64,000 bases of DNA from positions 10,985-74,984 of the forward strand of contig JANLTH010000024.1 in NCBI GenBank assembly GCA_031362865.1. Direction: 5' to 3'. A program made the position numbers and the translations under genes. Source of the stretch: Burkholderiales bacterium (GTDB lineage Bacteria; Pseudomonadota; Gammaproteobacteria; Burkholderiales; JAEUOS01). Positions within the stretch are counted from its first letter, which is position 1; the number at the start of each line of letters is the position of its first letter. Shown here one piece after another: positions 7,810-18,175 of the stretch. The notes below the pieces were generated by a model that had not been told where the DNA came from, did not search any database, and saw only the letters and a list, made by a program, of their open reading frames with translations.

Positions 7810-8463
7810 CTATCGACAACGGGACTGACAAGACCTGATTGCCTGGTCAGACCACTCTTGGCAGTTGGTACCTGGCCCCACTAGACCATAGCGGGGTCTG
7901 GACGACGCGGATATTTGGTTGCTCACGCACCTTGCTACGCACGCTAAATCAGAAACTGGTGTGCATAAGTTGCCGTTGAAAACAGAAACGCGATCTTGTT
8001 GACCTAGTCCGTAATTCGAATCGGACGTTTGCCCTCCGCACACGCAGCCACCGCGAGGCGTTCTTGTACAGAGGTACTCGTGATAAGCAGGGTTCCCAGT
8101 TGTGTTTGGCCCGCTTCTTGGATTGTTCGTCGTTTTCGGATTGCCTGTCACAGCCACTTCACGACGACAACGGTATGTCACAGTGCTTGAGGCGCACATG
8201 CCGCCGATTGCGTTTTGTTCCTGATAGGCTCGCGATTCGCGTTTGTATTGTTCCTGCTTCTGCTCTTCGGTTTGCGTTTGGGGAGTGAACTTCGCGCTGG
8301 AGACGCTCACTGAACCAGCGCCGGTTAGTGGTGGCGACCGGCTTGGACACACAACTCGGACTGCACCAGCAACTGGCGCTGTCGAGTTGGCGTTGGTCTC
8401 AAATATCTGCCCTTGTCGCGTCCGCCAACAGTCCGCATGGGAAACAGTACTGAAAACGACCAA
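7810..8463 (-). CDS. Cysteine-rich hypothetical protein, 5' end uncertain (possibly degraded)
   Basis: 217-aa ORF in the lower-GC segment with 13 Cys. The reading frame stays open 51 nt further upstream (to 8514) and encodes a signal-peptide-like FFIWLLSLSLVVFSTVSHA/DCW. That extension contains no ATG/GTG/TTG. Confidence 0.4.
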   Translation of the reverse strand: MVVFSTVSHADCWRTRQGQIFETNANSTAPVAGAVRVVCPSRSPPLTGAGSVSVSSAKFTPQTQTEEQKQEQYKRESRAYQEQNAIGGMCASSTVTYRCRREVAVTGNPKTTNNPRSGPNTTGNPAYHEYLCTRTPRGGCVCGGQTSDSNYGLGQQDRVSVFNGNLCTPVSDLACVARCVSNQISASSRPRYGLVGPGTNCQEWSDQAIRSCQSRCR

Positions 8464-8568
8464 ACTCAGGGAGAGCAGCCAAATGAAGAAGCTAGGTGTG
8501 TGTGTCCTCGCTACTCATCACAGTTGTCAAGGAAGGCAGATTGCTTGGTGTTGAGAACTAACGGCGCA

Positions 8569-9003
8569 CTATTCTGGCGGCAACCAGTCATCCCGCAACA
8601 CGTCCGCCATCAACCAAGGGCACGCCGCAAACTTGATCTTGACACCAGATTCGATTTCTGCTTGCGCGACCGCATCGACCCACATGTCGTCGATCCATTC
8701 CGGGTCTTCCAGCATGCGCCGCAGGCTCGGCGTTCTCTGTAAGCGCTTGCTTATTGCCGGGCGCTGAGCATCAATCGTAACCTGCCAGCTGGCGCTGCGC
8801 CGTTGCGGTTGAGTATGCCACTTGAGCAGGTGTGCCAAGAGTACTGCCACTCGGCTTGCTAGTTCTCGTTGTTCACTCTTGCCCACGTCAAGAATCTCCT
8901 CTGCCACGTTAGCGATATCAATTTCGGAGAACCTGCCAGCCTGGAGCAAGCTTGCTTGCTCGTTTGCCCAAGCGATTACATCACTGTCGTAAGTCGTGCT
9001 CAT
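8569..9003 (-). CDS. DUF29 family protein
   Basis: YDSDVIAWANEQASLLQAGRFSEIDIANVAEEILDVGKSEQREL matches the characteristic DUF29 N-terminal pattern. Confidence 0.75.
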   Translation of the reverse strand: MSTTYDSDVIAWANEQASLLQAGRFSEIDIANVAEEILDVGKSEQRELASRVAVLLAHLLKWHTQPQRRSASWQVTIDAQRPAISKRLQRTPSLRRMLEDPEWIDDMWVDAVAQAEIESGVKIKFAACPWLMADVLRDDWLPPE

Positions 9004-9157
9004 TCTTCAACCCTCGGGGTTAGGCGCGTCGCCATGAATGCCTGAATTATGGACCACGCCCAATCGAAAGCCAAGGTTTGTGTACCGGGTTCACGGGCGG
9101 CGACGCAATCGAAGTGCGGCAAAATGACGGATTGCGCTCCCGGCCTGCCGCTGCACC

Positions 9158-10765
9158 TTGTTTCGCCTCATTCGCACCATTCGCCTGTTCAAAATTCTTG
9201 CCATCGCCGCGCGGTTTGGCCTGGACGAATTTTTCATGGCAGCGGCTCCTGCACAAGGTTTTGCCGCCTGGTTTGCCCGTCAATATGCCAAGGCCTTTGC
9301 ATGGCGCAAACTGACTGAGCCGCGCGCGGTGCGGCTGCGTCTGGCGCTTGAAGCACTTGGACCGATCTTTGTCAAATTTGGGCAGGTGCTTTCGACGCGG
9401 CGTGATTTGTTGCCGCTCGACATTGCCAACGAGTTAGCCAAGCTGCAAGACCGCGTGCCACCCTTCGATCCGGCCCTGGCGATCGCGGTGATTGAAACTG
9501 AGCTGAAGTCACATCCCGAAAAGCTCTACGCCTCGTTCACGCGCGAGCCGGTGGCTTCGGCCTCGATTGCGCAGGTGCATTTTGCAGTGCTGCATGACGG
9601 CCGCGAAGTCGCGGTCAAGGTGTTGCGCCCCGGCATGGCGGTGGTGATTGAGAAAGATATTGCGCTGATGCGCGTAGCGGCAGGCTTGGTGGAAAAGCTC
9701 TGGGCCGATGGCAAGCGCCTCAAGCCCGTAGAAGTCGTGGGCGAGTTTGAGAAAACCCTGTACGACGAGCTTGACATGATGCGTGAAGCGTCGAACGCGA
9801 GCCAATTGCGGCGCAATTTCATGGGTTCGCCCTTGCTGCTGGTGCCTGAAATTCATTGGGACTATTGCAGTCGCTCGGTGCTCACTATGGAGCGCATGAC
9901 CGGCACGCCGATCAGCCAATTGGAAGAGCTGCGCCGTCAGGGGATTAACCTTTCGCGGCTCTCAGAAGCGGGTGTGGAAATCTTTTTCACGCAGGTGTTT
10001 CGTGACGGTTTTTTTCACGGCGACATGCATCCGGGCAACATTCAGGTAGCGCCCAACGGGCAGTACATCGCGCTCGACATGGGCATTGTCGGCACCTTGA
10101 ACGAGACCGATAAAAACTATCTGGCGCACAATTTTTTGGCCTTTTTCCGGCGCGACTACAAGCGCGTGGCTGAGGTTCATATCGAATCAAAATGGGTGCC
10201 CGAAGGCACGCGCATCGACGAATTGGAAGCGGCGATTCGCGCGGTGTGCGAGCCGATTTTTGACCGGCCTTTGAAGGAAATCCACTTCGGGCAGGTTTTG
10301 CTGCGCCTGTTTCAAACCTCGCGCCGCTTCGGCGTGGAGATTCAGCCGCAACTGGTGTTGCTGCAAAAAACCTTGCTCAATATCGAAGGTTTGGGCCGTG
10401 AGCTTGACCCGAATCTGGATTTGTGGAAAACCGCCAAGCCTTATCTTGAGCGCTGGATGAACGAGCAGGTCGGCTGGCAAGGCGTGCTCGATGGCTTCAA
10501 GCGCGAAGCGCCAAACTACGCCACGATTCTTCCCGCTTTGCCGCGCTTAGCCCGTGATGCCTTGCTGCAGGCGCAACGCCAACCCGCGCGCGACCGAGAA
10601 GTTGAGCGAGCAATTGCCGCCTTGCTGGCGGTGCAGCAGAAGACCAATCGTCGCCTGTGGTGGATTGGCGTGTGGATTTTGCTGCTCACCACCACGGTGG
10701 GCGGCTTGTTGCTCGTCGAAGGCTTTACGCTTTGGTACAACATCATGTCGCTGCCCGATCAATAG
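9158..10765 (+). CDS. ubiB: Ubiquinone biosynthesis regulatory kinase-like protein UbiB
   Basis: ABC1/ADCK kinase-like motifs are present: [35 protein letters not shown]. There is a C-terminal TM segment. TTG start as given in the track. Confidence 0.9.
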   Translation: MFRLIRTIRLFKILAIAARFGLDEFFMAAAPAQGFAAWFARQYAKAFAWRKLTEPRAVRLRLALEALGPIFVKFGQVLSTRRDLLPLDIANELAKLQDRVPPFDPALAIAVIETELKSHPEKLYASFTREPVASASIAQVHFAVLHDGREVAVKVLRPGMAVVIEKDIALMRVAAGLVEKLWADGKRLKPVEVVGEFEKTLYDELDMMREASNASQLRRNFMGSPLLLVPEIHWDYCSRSVLTMERMTGTPISQLEELRRQGINLSRLSEAGVEIFFTQVFRDGFFHGDMHPGNIQVAPNGQYIALDMGIVGTLNETDKNYLAHNFLAFFRRDYKRVAEVHIESKWVPEGTRIDELEAAIRAVCEPIFDRPLKEIHFGQVLLRLFQTSRRFGVEIQPQLVLLQKTLLNIEGLGRELDPNLDLWKTAKPYLERWMNEQVGWQGVLDGFKREAPNYATILPALPRLARDALLQAQRQPARDREVERAIAALLAVQQKTNRRLWWIGVWILLLTTTVGGLLLVEGFTLWYNIMSLPDQ

Positions 10766-10786
10766 CCCACGCCACGCCCATACGCC

Positions 10787-13024
10787 ATGCCGCTCTACGC
10801 CCTGACCATTTTTCTCTCCGCCTTCCTGCTGTTTTTGGTACAGCCCGTGATCGCCAAGCACATCCTGCCGTGGTTCGGCGGGTCGGCGGCGGTGTGGACG
10901 ACCTGCATGCTGTTTTTTCAGTCGATTTTGTTGGCCGGTTACGCCTACGCCGACTTCACCACGCGCCATCTCAAGCCCAAAACCCAGGTACGGCTGCATA
11001 TCGGCTTGCTGTTGCTAAGCCTGGCCGCCCTGCCAATTTTGCCCGGCGACATCTGGAAGCCTGCGAGCGGCGCGGAACCGATTTCGCGAATTCTGCTGTT
11101 GTTGTTGGCCACCATCGGCTTGCCCTACTTTCTGCTTTCCACCACCGGCCCCCTGGTGCAGGCGTGGTTTGCGCGCAGCTTCCCTTCTTCCACCGTATAC
11201 CGGCTGTTTGCGCTCTCCAATTTCGCCTCGCTTTTGGCCCTGGTTGCCTACCCTTTGGTGATTGAGCCCTTCGTTGCTGGCAAGGTGCAGTCATGGGGCT
11301 GGAGCGCGGGCTATGCGGCCTTTGTAGTGACCTGCGCTACCGCCGCATGGTTCAGCCTGAAGCATGCGCAAGCGGCCAACGTCACGAGCGCGACATCCGC
11401 AGCAGACGAGTTGCCTGCTATCCCGCCGAATGCGGCGGATCTCACCATTTGGCTCACGCTCTCGGCCTTGGGGTCGCTTTTTTTGCTCACTATCACCACG
11501 CACATCACGCAAAACGTGGCTTCAGTACCGTTTTTGTGGATCGTGCCGCTGATTCTCTATCTGCTCAGTTTCATCTTGTGTTTTGACGGCAAGTGGTATC
11601 AGCGCAAATTCTTTTTGGGGCCGCTCTTTGTCATCTTGCCGATCATGGCTTGGGGCCTCACCTTCGAGCGCGGCGTATGGACAATTGAAGAGGCGGTGCC
11701 GGTGTATTGCGTGGGCCTCTTCGTGGTGTGCATGTTTTGCCATGGCGAGTTGGCCAATCTCAAGCCCGCGCCGCGCTACCTGACGCGCTTTTACCTGATG
11801 ATCTCGGTGGGCGGCGCACTTGGTGGTTTGCTGGTGGGCGTGGTGGCCCCGCTGGTGTTTCCGGCCTACTACGAATTTCCGCTGGCGTTGGTGCTTTGTG
11901 GCGTGATGGCGATTGTGCTGACCCGCAAGTCGATTGGCGATTTGATGATTCCGGCACCGCTGCTGATCCCTTTGGTGGCGATTCCGATGGGTTTGTATCT
12001 GTTCACGAGCTATGAGTCGGGCGTGGGCTTAAAGCAGGCCCAGCCGGGCAACGCGGAGCTGGTCGTGTCTGGCATCGTGGCCGTGATTCTGGTGGTGATG
12101 GTGCTGCGGCGGGTCAATCTCAAGGTGAGTGTGGTCGTGCCGCTCTTTGCCACGGCAGTCACTGCGGCGGTCAGTTTTTACGGGGTCAAATATGTGGAGT
12201 TTTTGAAAGATGACACGATGGCGATGGCGCGCAATTTTTACGGTACGCTGCGCGTCAAATCGAGCGGCGACGAGGCCGAGAGCCGCACCATGCGCAAGCT
12301 GGTGCATGGGGTCATCAAGCATGGCGAACAGTTCACTGCTGCCAGTGAACGAAGCCGCATCACCAGCTACTACGGCGAGGTGTCGGGGATTGGTGCGGCA
12401 CTCAATTTTTATGACCGGCCCGGGGCCAAGCGCAAGGTCGGCGTAATCGGCGTGGGGGTCGGTACGCTGGTGGGTTATGGCGGGCTTGGCGACGAATTTG
12501 TGCTCTACGAGTTGAACCCCCAAGTGTTTGACTACGCGAAGAGTCATTTCTGGTATTTGAATAGCGCGCAAGCCAAACAAGTCAGGTTGACCGAAGTGCT
12601 TGGCGATGCCCGCCTGTCGCTGGAGCGTAGCCGGGTATCGCAGCAGTTCGACGTACTGGCGATTGACGCATTTTCGTCGGACTCGATTCCCGTGCATCTG
12701 GTCACGCGCCAGGCGATGCAGAGCTATTTGCGCCACATGAAGCCGGATGGCGTGATGGCGTTTCATGTGACCAACCGCTATTTGCGTTTAGCACCGGTGG
12801 TCAAGCAGTTAGCCGAAGAGATCGGCATGCAGGCTGTGCTGGTCACCCACGACCCCGAAACAGAAGACTGGCATTTGTCAAAAACCGACTGGGTGCTGGT
12901 AACCAACAACAAGGCCTTGCTGACAAGCGAAGGAGTCATCAAACAGAAAGCCGAGATCCTCGAAATTCCGGGCTTGCGCCCCTGGACCGACGACTTCAAT
13001 AACCTGCTCTCGATCTTGAAATAG
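10787..13024 (+). CDS. Fused polytopic membrane / spermidine-synthase-like methyltransferase-fold protein
   Basis: The N-terminal ~480 aa are strongly hydrophobic with multiple TM segments. The C-terminal domain carries GVIGVGVGTLVGYG and DVLAIDAFSSDSIPVHL, typical of the spermidine synthase fold. Confidence 0.75.
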   Translation: MPLYALTIFLSAFLLFLVQPVIAKHILPWFGGSAAVWTTCMLFFQSILLAGYAYADFTTRHLKPKTQVRLHIGLLLLSLAALPILPGDIWKPASGAEPISRILLLLLATIGLPYFLLSTTGPLVQAWFARSFPSSTVYRLFALSNFASLLALVAYPLVIEPFVAGKVQSWGWSAGYAAFVVTCATAAWFSLKHAQAANVTSATSAADELPAIPPNAADLTIWLTLSALGSLFLLTITTHITQNVASVPFLWIVPLILYLLSFILCFDGKWYQRKFFLGPLFVILPIMAWGLTFERGVWTIEEAVPVYCVGLFVVCMFCHGELANLKPAPRYLTRFYLMISVGGALGGLLVGVVAPLVFPAYYEFPLALVLCGVMAIVLTRKSIGDLMIPAPLLIPLVAIPMGLYLFTSYESGVGLKQAQPGNAELVVSGIVAVILVVMVLRRVNLKVSVVVPLFATAVTAAVSFYGVKYVEFLKDDTMAMARNFYGTLRVKSSGDEAESRTMRKLVHGVIKHGEQFTAASERSRITSYYGEVSGIGAALNFYDRPGAKRKVGVIGVGVGTLVGYGGLGDEFVLYELNPQVFDYAKSHFWYLNSAQAKQVRLTEVLGDARLSLERSRVSQQFDVLAIDAFSSDSIPVHLVTRQAMQSYLRHMKPDGVMAFHVTNRYLRLAPVVKQLAEEIGMQAVLVTHDPETEDWHLSKTDWVLVTNNKALLTSEGVIKQKAEILEIPGLRPWTDDFNNLLSILK

Positions 13025-13081
13025 CGTTGACTGGCGCGCGGCCTACAATGTTGCGCACTCCATAGTTGATCGAGGTTCCCC

Positions 13082-13771
13082 ATGCGCATCCTCCTCGCTG
13101 AAGACGACCGTGTTCTTGCTGACGGGCTGGTGCGCTCACTGCGACAGGGCGGCTACGCGGTCGATCACGTCGGCTCAGGAACCGAAGCCGATAGTGCCTT
13201 GGCCAATCAGAGCTACGACTTGGTGATCCTCGATCTGGGCTTGCCCAAACTGACGGGGCATGAAGTTTTACGCCGCGCCCGTGCCCGCAATGAGAAGCAC
13301 AACGGCAAAACGCCGGTGCTGATTTTGACCGCGCTGGACAGCGTGGAAGACCGTGTCAAGGGCCTCGATCTGGGCGCGGATGATTACCTCACCAAACCGT
13401 TTGACTTGGCTGAACTTGAAGCGCGGGTGCGCGCCTTGATCCGCCGCGGGGCAGGCGGCGGGGCGACCACGGTCGAGCATGGTGCGCTCAGCTTCGACAT
13501 GACCGGCCGGGTGGCACTGCTCAATGGCGAGCGCCTGGACCTCTCGGCGCGCGAGGTGGGTTTGCTGGAAGTGTTGTTGCAGCGTGCCGGGCGGTTGGTT
13601 TCGAAAGATCAGCTGGTAGACCACTTGTGCCAATGGGGCGACGAAGTGAGCGCCAATGCGATCGAGGTTTACGTGCATCGCCTGCGCAAAAAACTTGAAC
13701 CAGGCAATGTCGTGATCGCTACCGTGCGAGGCTTGGGCTACTGTTTGGAGAAACCTGCGGCGCGTGCTTGA
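13082..13771 (+). CDS. OmpR-family response regulator
   Basis: Receiver domain (MRILLAEDD...DLVILDLGLP...LTA) plus a winged-helix C-terminus (VYVHRLRKKL...TVRGLGY). Confidence 0.9.
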   Translation: MRILLAEDDRVLADGLVRSLRQGGYAVDHVGSGTEADSALANQSYDLVILDLGLPKLTGHEVLRRARARNEKHNGKTPVLILTALDSVEDRVKGLDLGADDYLTKPFDLAELEARVRALIRRGAGGGATTVEHGALSFDMTGRVALLNGERLDLSAREVGLLEVLLQRAGRLVSKDQLVDHLCQWGDEVSANAIEVYVHRLRKKLEPGNVVIATVRGLGYCLEKPAARA

Positions 13772-13809
13772 CCGTTGGCGTACGGCACAGTCGCGGGCTC
13801 CATGACTCC

Positions 13810-15444
13810 ATGGCCTTTCAGAACCCCTTCGAGTACCCGAGCGCCGCTGCCGCACCGGCCAGCGCCGAGAACGCCGACAGCGCCGCAGATGCCGCACATG
13901 CTGCGCATCGTATCCTGCCGTTTCGCCAGCCAGGAGTAGCGCGGCTCTCGCTGTTTGGCGAGATTCTCGACTGGATGTTGGTGCCCTTGCTCATCATCTG
14001 GCCGCTCAGTTTTGCCATGACCTACCTGGCCGCGCAGACCCTCTCTGGCAAGCCCTATGACCGCGCACTGGAAGACCAGGTGGAGGCAGTCGCGCGACAG
14101 TTGGAGTTTCGACGCGGCAGCGTCATGGTGGACCTGCCGCCAGCGGCACGCAATCTGCTGCGCGCTGATGAGGTGGACGAGGTTTACTTCCAAGTGCTGG
14201 GCGCACGCGGTGAGCTGGCCAGCGGCGAAGCGGACTTTCCTTTGCCGCCGGAAGGCGAACTGCTCACCGGTGTGCTGCCGCCTGGCACCACGTATTTCCG
14301 CGACGACGTAATGCGCGGCCAGGCGATCCGCGTGGCGTATCGTTACTTCACCTTCAGCGGCGTGACCGATGCGCAACCGGCCCTGGTTCAAGTAGGCGAG
14401 ACCCGCGGCAAGCGGGAGGCGCTGGCCAACGAATTCATCACCGGTGTCATTCTGCCGCAGTTTCTGATCGTGCCGATCGCGGTGCTGCTGGTCTGGTTCG
14501 GCTTGTCACGCGGGATCGCACCGCTCGATGCCTTGCGGGAGCGCATCAGCCGCCGCAAGGCCGATGACCTGAGCCCGGTAGACCCTCGGGCGGTGCCTGA
14601 AGAAGTCCGCCCAGTCATCGTTTCCATCAATAGCCTGATGCAGCGTGTGCGTGCCAGCATGAAGGGCCAGCAGCGCTTTGTCGCCGATGCTGCGCACCAA
14701 ATGCGCACGCCGCTGGCGGGCCTGAAAATGCAAGCCGAGTTGGCGCTGCGCCAAACTGACCCGGTCGAATTGAAGAAGAGCCTGGATGCCTTGGTGCTTT
14801 CAACCTCACGTGCCACTCACATGGTGAATCAGCTGTTGAGCCTCACCCGCGCCGAGTCGCCGATCGGCAAGCTGGCTGAATCGCAAGCGCTAGACCTGCG
14901 CAGCTTGGTGCAAAGCGTGCTCGCCGCCATGCATCCACGCGCCCAGGCCAAGCAGATCGATTTGGGGCTGGAAGACCGGACCGTTGACGAGACATCAACA
15001 CCGGCCACCATTGACATCAATGGCAACCCGGTACTGTTGGGTGAGTTGTTCACCAACCTGGTCGATAACGCGATCCGCTACACGCCTAAGGGTGGCCAGG
15101 TGACCGCGCGATTGAAGCTACAGCCCGGTTCATCGGCACGCGCCGTGGTCGAAATTGAAGACACAGGGATGGGGATTGCGCCCGACGAGCGCGAAGCGGT
15201 GTTTGAGCGCTTCTACCGGGGCCGCGAAGTCAATGATGCGGCGCTCGGCAACCCGGCCGATGGCAGCGGTTTGGGCTTGGCCATCGTACGTGAAATCGCC
15301 GCCAAGCACCGGGCGCGCGTGTTGATTGAAACGCCCCAAAGCGGTAACAACGCTGCCAATATGCCAGGAACCCTGTTTCGCGTGATCTTCCCCATGCCGA
15401 CCGGAAACCCGGACCGCCGCTTGACCGAGTTGCCAAGCCGATGA
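13810..15444 (+). CDS. Sensor histidine kinase (HisKA + HATPase_c)
   Basis: H-box [17 protein letters not shown]-box [11 protein letters not shown]-boxes DTGMGI and [12 protein letters not shown] 13810 chosen. The track start TTG 13768 overlaps the regulator stop and is an alternative. Confidence 0.85.
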   Translation: MAFQNPFEYPSAAAAPASAENADSAADAAHAAHRILPFRQPGVARLSLFGEILDWMLVPLLIIWPLSFAMTYLAAQTLSGKPYDRALEDQVEAVARQLEFRRGSVMVDLPPAARNLLRADEVDEVYFQVLGARGELASGEADFPLPPEGELLTGVLPPGTTYFRDDVMRGQAIRVAYRYFTFSGVTDAQPALVQVGETRGKREALANEFITGVILPQFLIVPIAVLLVWFGLSRGIAPLDALRERISRRKADDLSPVDPRAVPEEVRPVIVSINSLMQRVRASMKGQQRFVADAAHQMRTPLAGLKMQAELALRQTDPVELKKSLDALVLSTSRATHMVNQLLSLTRAESPIGKLAESQALDLRSLVQSVLAAMHPRAQAKQIDLGLEDRTVDETSTPATIDINGNPVLLGELFTNLVDNAIRYTPKGGQVTARLKLQPGSSARAVVEIEDTGMGIAPDEREAVFERFYRGREVNDAALGNPADGSGLGLAIVREIAAKHRARVLIETPQSGNNAANMPGTLFRVIFPMPTGNPDRRLTELPSR

Positions 15445-15550
15445 ATTCCCTAGTAAAATAGTCGGGTATAGTTGCGCTTCCGACGAAACAACCCCAGCAA
15501 CGTCAACAATTGAAGCCCTACCTCACCACCCGACTCACCAAGGAAATGCC

Positions 15551-15928
15551 ATGAATGCCATGACCGATCTGCCGATTGAAAAAGCCCTCGAAGCGATGCC
15601 TGCACCCATGGTGTTTTCAGACAGCGCTGCCGCCAAAGTGGCCGATTTGATCATTGAGGAAGGCAACCCAGACTTGAAGCTGCGGGTCTTCGTGACCGGC
15701 GGCGGCTGCTCGGGTTTTCAGTACGGCTTTACGTTTGACGAAGAGGTCAATGAAGACGACACGACGATGGAGAAAAACGGTGTCAAGCTGTTGATCGACG
15801 CGATGAGCTACCAATACCTGATTGGGGCCGAAATCGACTACAAAGAAGACATTGAAGGCGCACAATTCGTGATTAAGAATCCGAACGCGCAATCCACCTG
15901 TGGCTGCGGGTCGTCATTTTCGGCCTAA
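15551..15928 (+). CDS. erpA: Iron-sulfur cluster insertion protein ErpA (A-type carrier)
   Basis: Contains [20 protein letters not shown] and the C-terminal CGCGSSF motif. Confidence 0.9.
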   Translation: MNAMTDLPIEKALEAMPAPMVFSDSAAAKVADLIIEEGNPDLKLRVFVTGGGCSGFQYGFTFDEEVNEDDTTMEKNGVKLLIDAMSYQYLIGAEIDYKEDIEGAQFVIKNPNAQSTCGCGSSFSA

Positions 15929-15954
15929 GCTTTTTCTTGGGGTCACCAGTCAAC

Positions 15955-15982
15955 AAACGGGGCGCTTGCCCCGTTTTGTTTT
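15955..15982 (+). terminator. Rho-independent terminator after erpA
   Basis: Perfect 9-bp stem AAACGGGGC / GCCCCGTTT with loop GCTT, followed by TGTTTT. Confidence 0.75.
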
Positions 15983-16022
15983 GGTCTAGCTACCTTAGCC
16001 TACCTCCTTTATCTTCCCCGTA

Positions 16023-16490
16023 ATGAAACTCCCGCTTAAACTTCTCATTGCAGGCCTGCTTGTATGGCTTTTTCTCAGCGCGGCGCAGGCCCAAAGCGAG
16101 GCGCAACCACCACTGCCCACCGTGCAGCTCAACGCGGGGCTGTACGTCATCAAAGCCGAGGTGGCGCAAACCTTCAGCCAGCAATCCATGGGCATGATGC
16201 ACCGCGAAAAAATGGGCGCAAACGACGGCATGCTCTTCATTTGGGCGGAGTCGTCCAAGCGCTGCATGTGGATGCGCAACACGCTTCTGCCGCTCTCGGT
16301 GGCATTTATCGACGACAAGGGCGTGGTACTCAATGTCGAAGACATGAAACCGCAAACCGAAGACAGCCACTGCTCCAAAGGCGATGCCAAGTACGCCCTC
16401 GAAATGAACTTAGGCTGGTTTAAAGCCAAGCGCCTCCAGCCCGGCATCAAAATCAACGGCATTCCGGGTGCCGGTAGCGCGCCTAAATAA
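16023..16490 (+). CDS. DUF192 domain protein with signal peptide
   Basis: Contains GMMHRE...GMLF...MWMRNTLLPLSVAFID...ALEMNLGWF, which is a typical DUF192 pattern. Confidence 0.7.
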   Translation: MKLPLKLLIAGLLVWLFLSAAQAQSEAQPPLPTVQLNAGLYVIKAEVAQTFSQQSMGMMHREKMGANDGMLFIWAESSKRCMWMRNTLLPLSVAFIDDKGVVLNVEDMKPQTEDSHCSKGDAKYALEMNLGWFKAKRLQPGIKINGIPGAGSAPK

Positions 16491-16512
16491 CGCATCACGT
16501 CTGAGGTTCACC

Positions 16513-18156
16513 ATGTCCAAATTCACCATCTACCCCGCACAATCCATCATCACCATGAACCGTTCACAGCCGCGCGCCCGGGCGGTGGCAGTGCGCGACG
16601 GGCGCATCCTCGGCGTGGGCGATTTTGATTCGCTCAAAGGCTGGGGCGATCACGTAATTGATGACCGCTTTGCCAACAAGGTGCTGATGCCGGGCTTTGT
16701 CGAAGGCCACAGCCACCTGCTCGAGGGCGGGGTATGGAAATACACCTACGCCGGCTTCTTCGACCGGCGCGGCCCGGACGGCACGCTGTGGCCCGGCCTG
16801 AAAAATTTCGATGACGTGGTGACGCGCCTGAAGGAAGCCGAAGCGAAGCTGCCGACACCCGACGAGCCGCTATTTGCGTGGGGCTTTGATCCAATTTATT
16901 TCGGCGCAGCACGCATGGCGACGACAGAATTGGATCGTGTTTCCAACACCCGCCCGGTGGTGGTGATGCATGCCAACTTCCACCTGCTTAACGCCAACTC
17001 GGTCACGCTCAAAAAATCCGGGATCACGCGCGATACCCAGATCGAAGGGGTCGCCAAAAATGCACAGGGCGAACCCACCGGCGAGTTGCAGGAATTCGCG
17101 GCGATGTTCCTGGTGTTCCGGGTAGTCGGCAACGTCTATTTCGATGCCGGCAGCGACGAAACCGGTATCTGGAACATGGGCAAGGTGGCCAATCGCACAG
17201 GCGTGACCACCGCCACCGATCTGGTCAACGACTTAAGCGGCAACTCAGTCGCCACCATGCGCCGCGTGACCTTCGATGAAAAATTTCCGTTGCGCCTGGT
17301 GCCCGCCTATCGCGGCTTGATGGGGGCCACAGAAACGGCAGAAGACGGCGCTGCCAAGATCGTCAAGCTGATCGGTTCGAACAACGAAAAGCTGCACTTC
17401 GGCATGGTGAAGTTTGTGCTCGATGGCTCGATCCAGGGCTTCACCGCGCGCCTGCGCTGGCCCGGCTATTTCAATGGCGCAGCAAACGGCATCTGGGTCG
17501 TGCCGCCACACGACTTTCTGCGCCAGTTTCAGGTGTTCCACAACGCTGGCCTCACCGTGCATATCCACACCAATGGCGACGAGGCCAGCGACGTTGCGCT
17601 GGATGCGATCGAATCCGCCCTGCTCGCATTTCCGCGCTGGGATCATCGCCACACCCTGCAGCATTCACAAATGCTCACCGCCTCGCAGATGCGCCGCATG
17701 GCCAGCATGGGGGTCGCGGCAAATATCTTCTCGAACCACATCTACTACTGGGGCGACCAGCACTACGCCCTCACACTCGGGCCAGAACGCGCCGAGCGCA
17801 TGGACCCGGCGGCCACCGCGCTCGCGGCAGGCGTGCGCATCGCGATCCATTCCGATGCGCCGGTCACGCCACTCGCGCCGCTCTTCACCGCCTGGTGCGC
17901 CGTCAACCGCAAAACCGCCAGCGGGCGCGTGCTCGGTGTGAACGAGTGCATCAAAGTCGAACAAGCCCTGCAGGCGATCACCCTCGGCGCAGCCTACACC
18001 CTCAAGCTTGACCACGAAATCGGCTCGATTGAAGCCGGCAAGCGCGCCGACTTCGCGATTCTCGATGCCGACCCGCTCGCCGTCCCGCCCAACGAACTCA
18101 AGGACGTGCCGGTAGCAGGTACCGTGCTGGGTGGTCGCGTCTTCGAAATTAAATAG
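16513..18156 (+). CDS. Amidohydrolase family (Amidohydro_3 / YtcJ-like) metal-dependent hydrolase
   Basis: Contains PGFVEGHSHL, HIHTNGDEA, and the HSDAPV metal-ligand pattern. ATG 16513 chosen (MSKFTIYP). Confidence 0.8.
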   Translation: MSKFTIYPAQSIITMNRSQPRARAVAVRDGRILGVGDFDSLKGWGDHVIDDRFANKVLMPGFVEGHSHLLEGGVWKYTYAGFFDRRGPDGTLWPGLKNFDDVVTRLKEAEAKLPTPDEPLFAWGFDPIYFGAARMATTELDRVSNTRPVVVMHANFHLLNANSVTLKKSGITRDTQIEGVAKNAQGEPTGELQEFAAMFLVFRVVGNVYFDAGSDETGIWNMGKVANRTGVTTATDLVNDLSGNSVATMRRVTFDEKFPLRLVPAYRGLMGATETAEDGAAKIVKLIGSNNEKLHFGMVKFVLDGSIQGFTARLRWPGYFNGAANGIWVVPPHDFLRQFQVFHNAGLTVHIHTNGDEASDVALDAIESALLAFPRWDHRHTLQHSQMLTASQMRRMASMGVAANIFSNHIYYWGDQHYALTLGPERAERMDPAATALAAGVRIAIHSDAPVTPLAPLFTAWCAVNRKTASGRVLGVNECIKVEQALQAITLGAAYTLKLDHEIGSIEAGKRADFAILDADPLAVPPNELKDVPVAGTVLGGRVFEIK

Positions 18157-18175
18157 GGACAGTCCCTATTTAATT
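18147..18175. repeat. Perfect 14-1-14 inverted repeat AATTAAATAGGGAC-A-GTCCCTATTTAATT
   Basis: Read directly from the sequence. It covers the TAG stop of the amidohydrolase (18154..18156) and ends at the GTG start of the next gene. It is AT-rich in a GC-rich context. Confidence 0.9.

Noticed and set aside
7328-7831. 167-aa minus-strand ORF with a Lys/Ser-rich stretch (KSKGSKSKRKSEQIKKSKR)
   Set aside because: The Lys-rich segment is just the translation of the AAATCAAA direct-repeat ladder. The ORF also overlaps the 3' end of the HTH gene in antisense. I treat the repeats as non-coding.
13027-13049. TTGACT ... TACAAT as a sigma-70 promoter for the response regulator
   Set aside because: The spacer between the hexamers is only about 11 nt, far from the 16-18 nt optimum.
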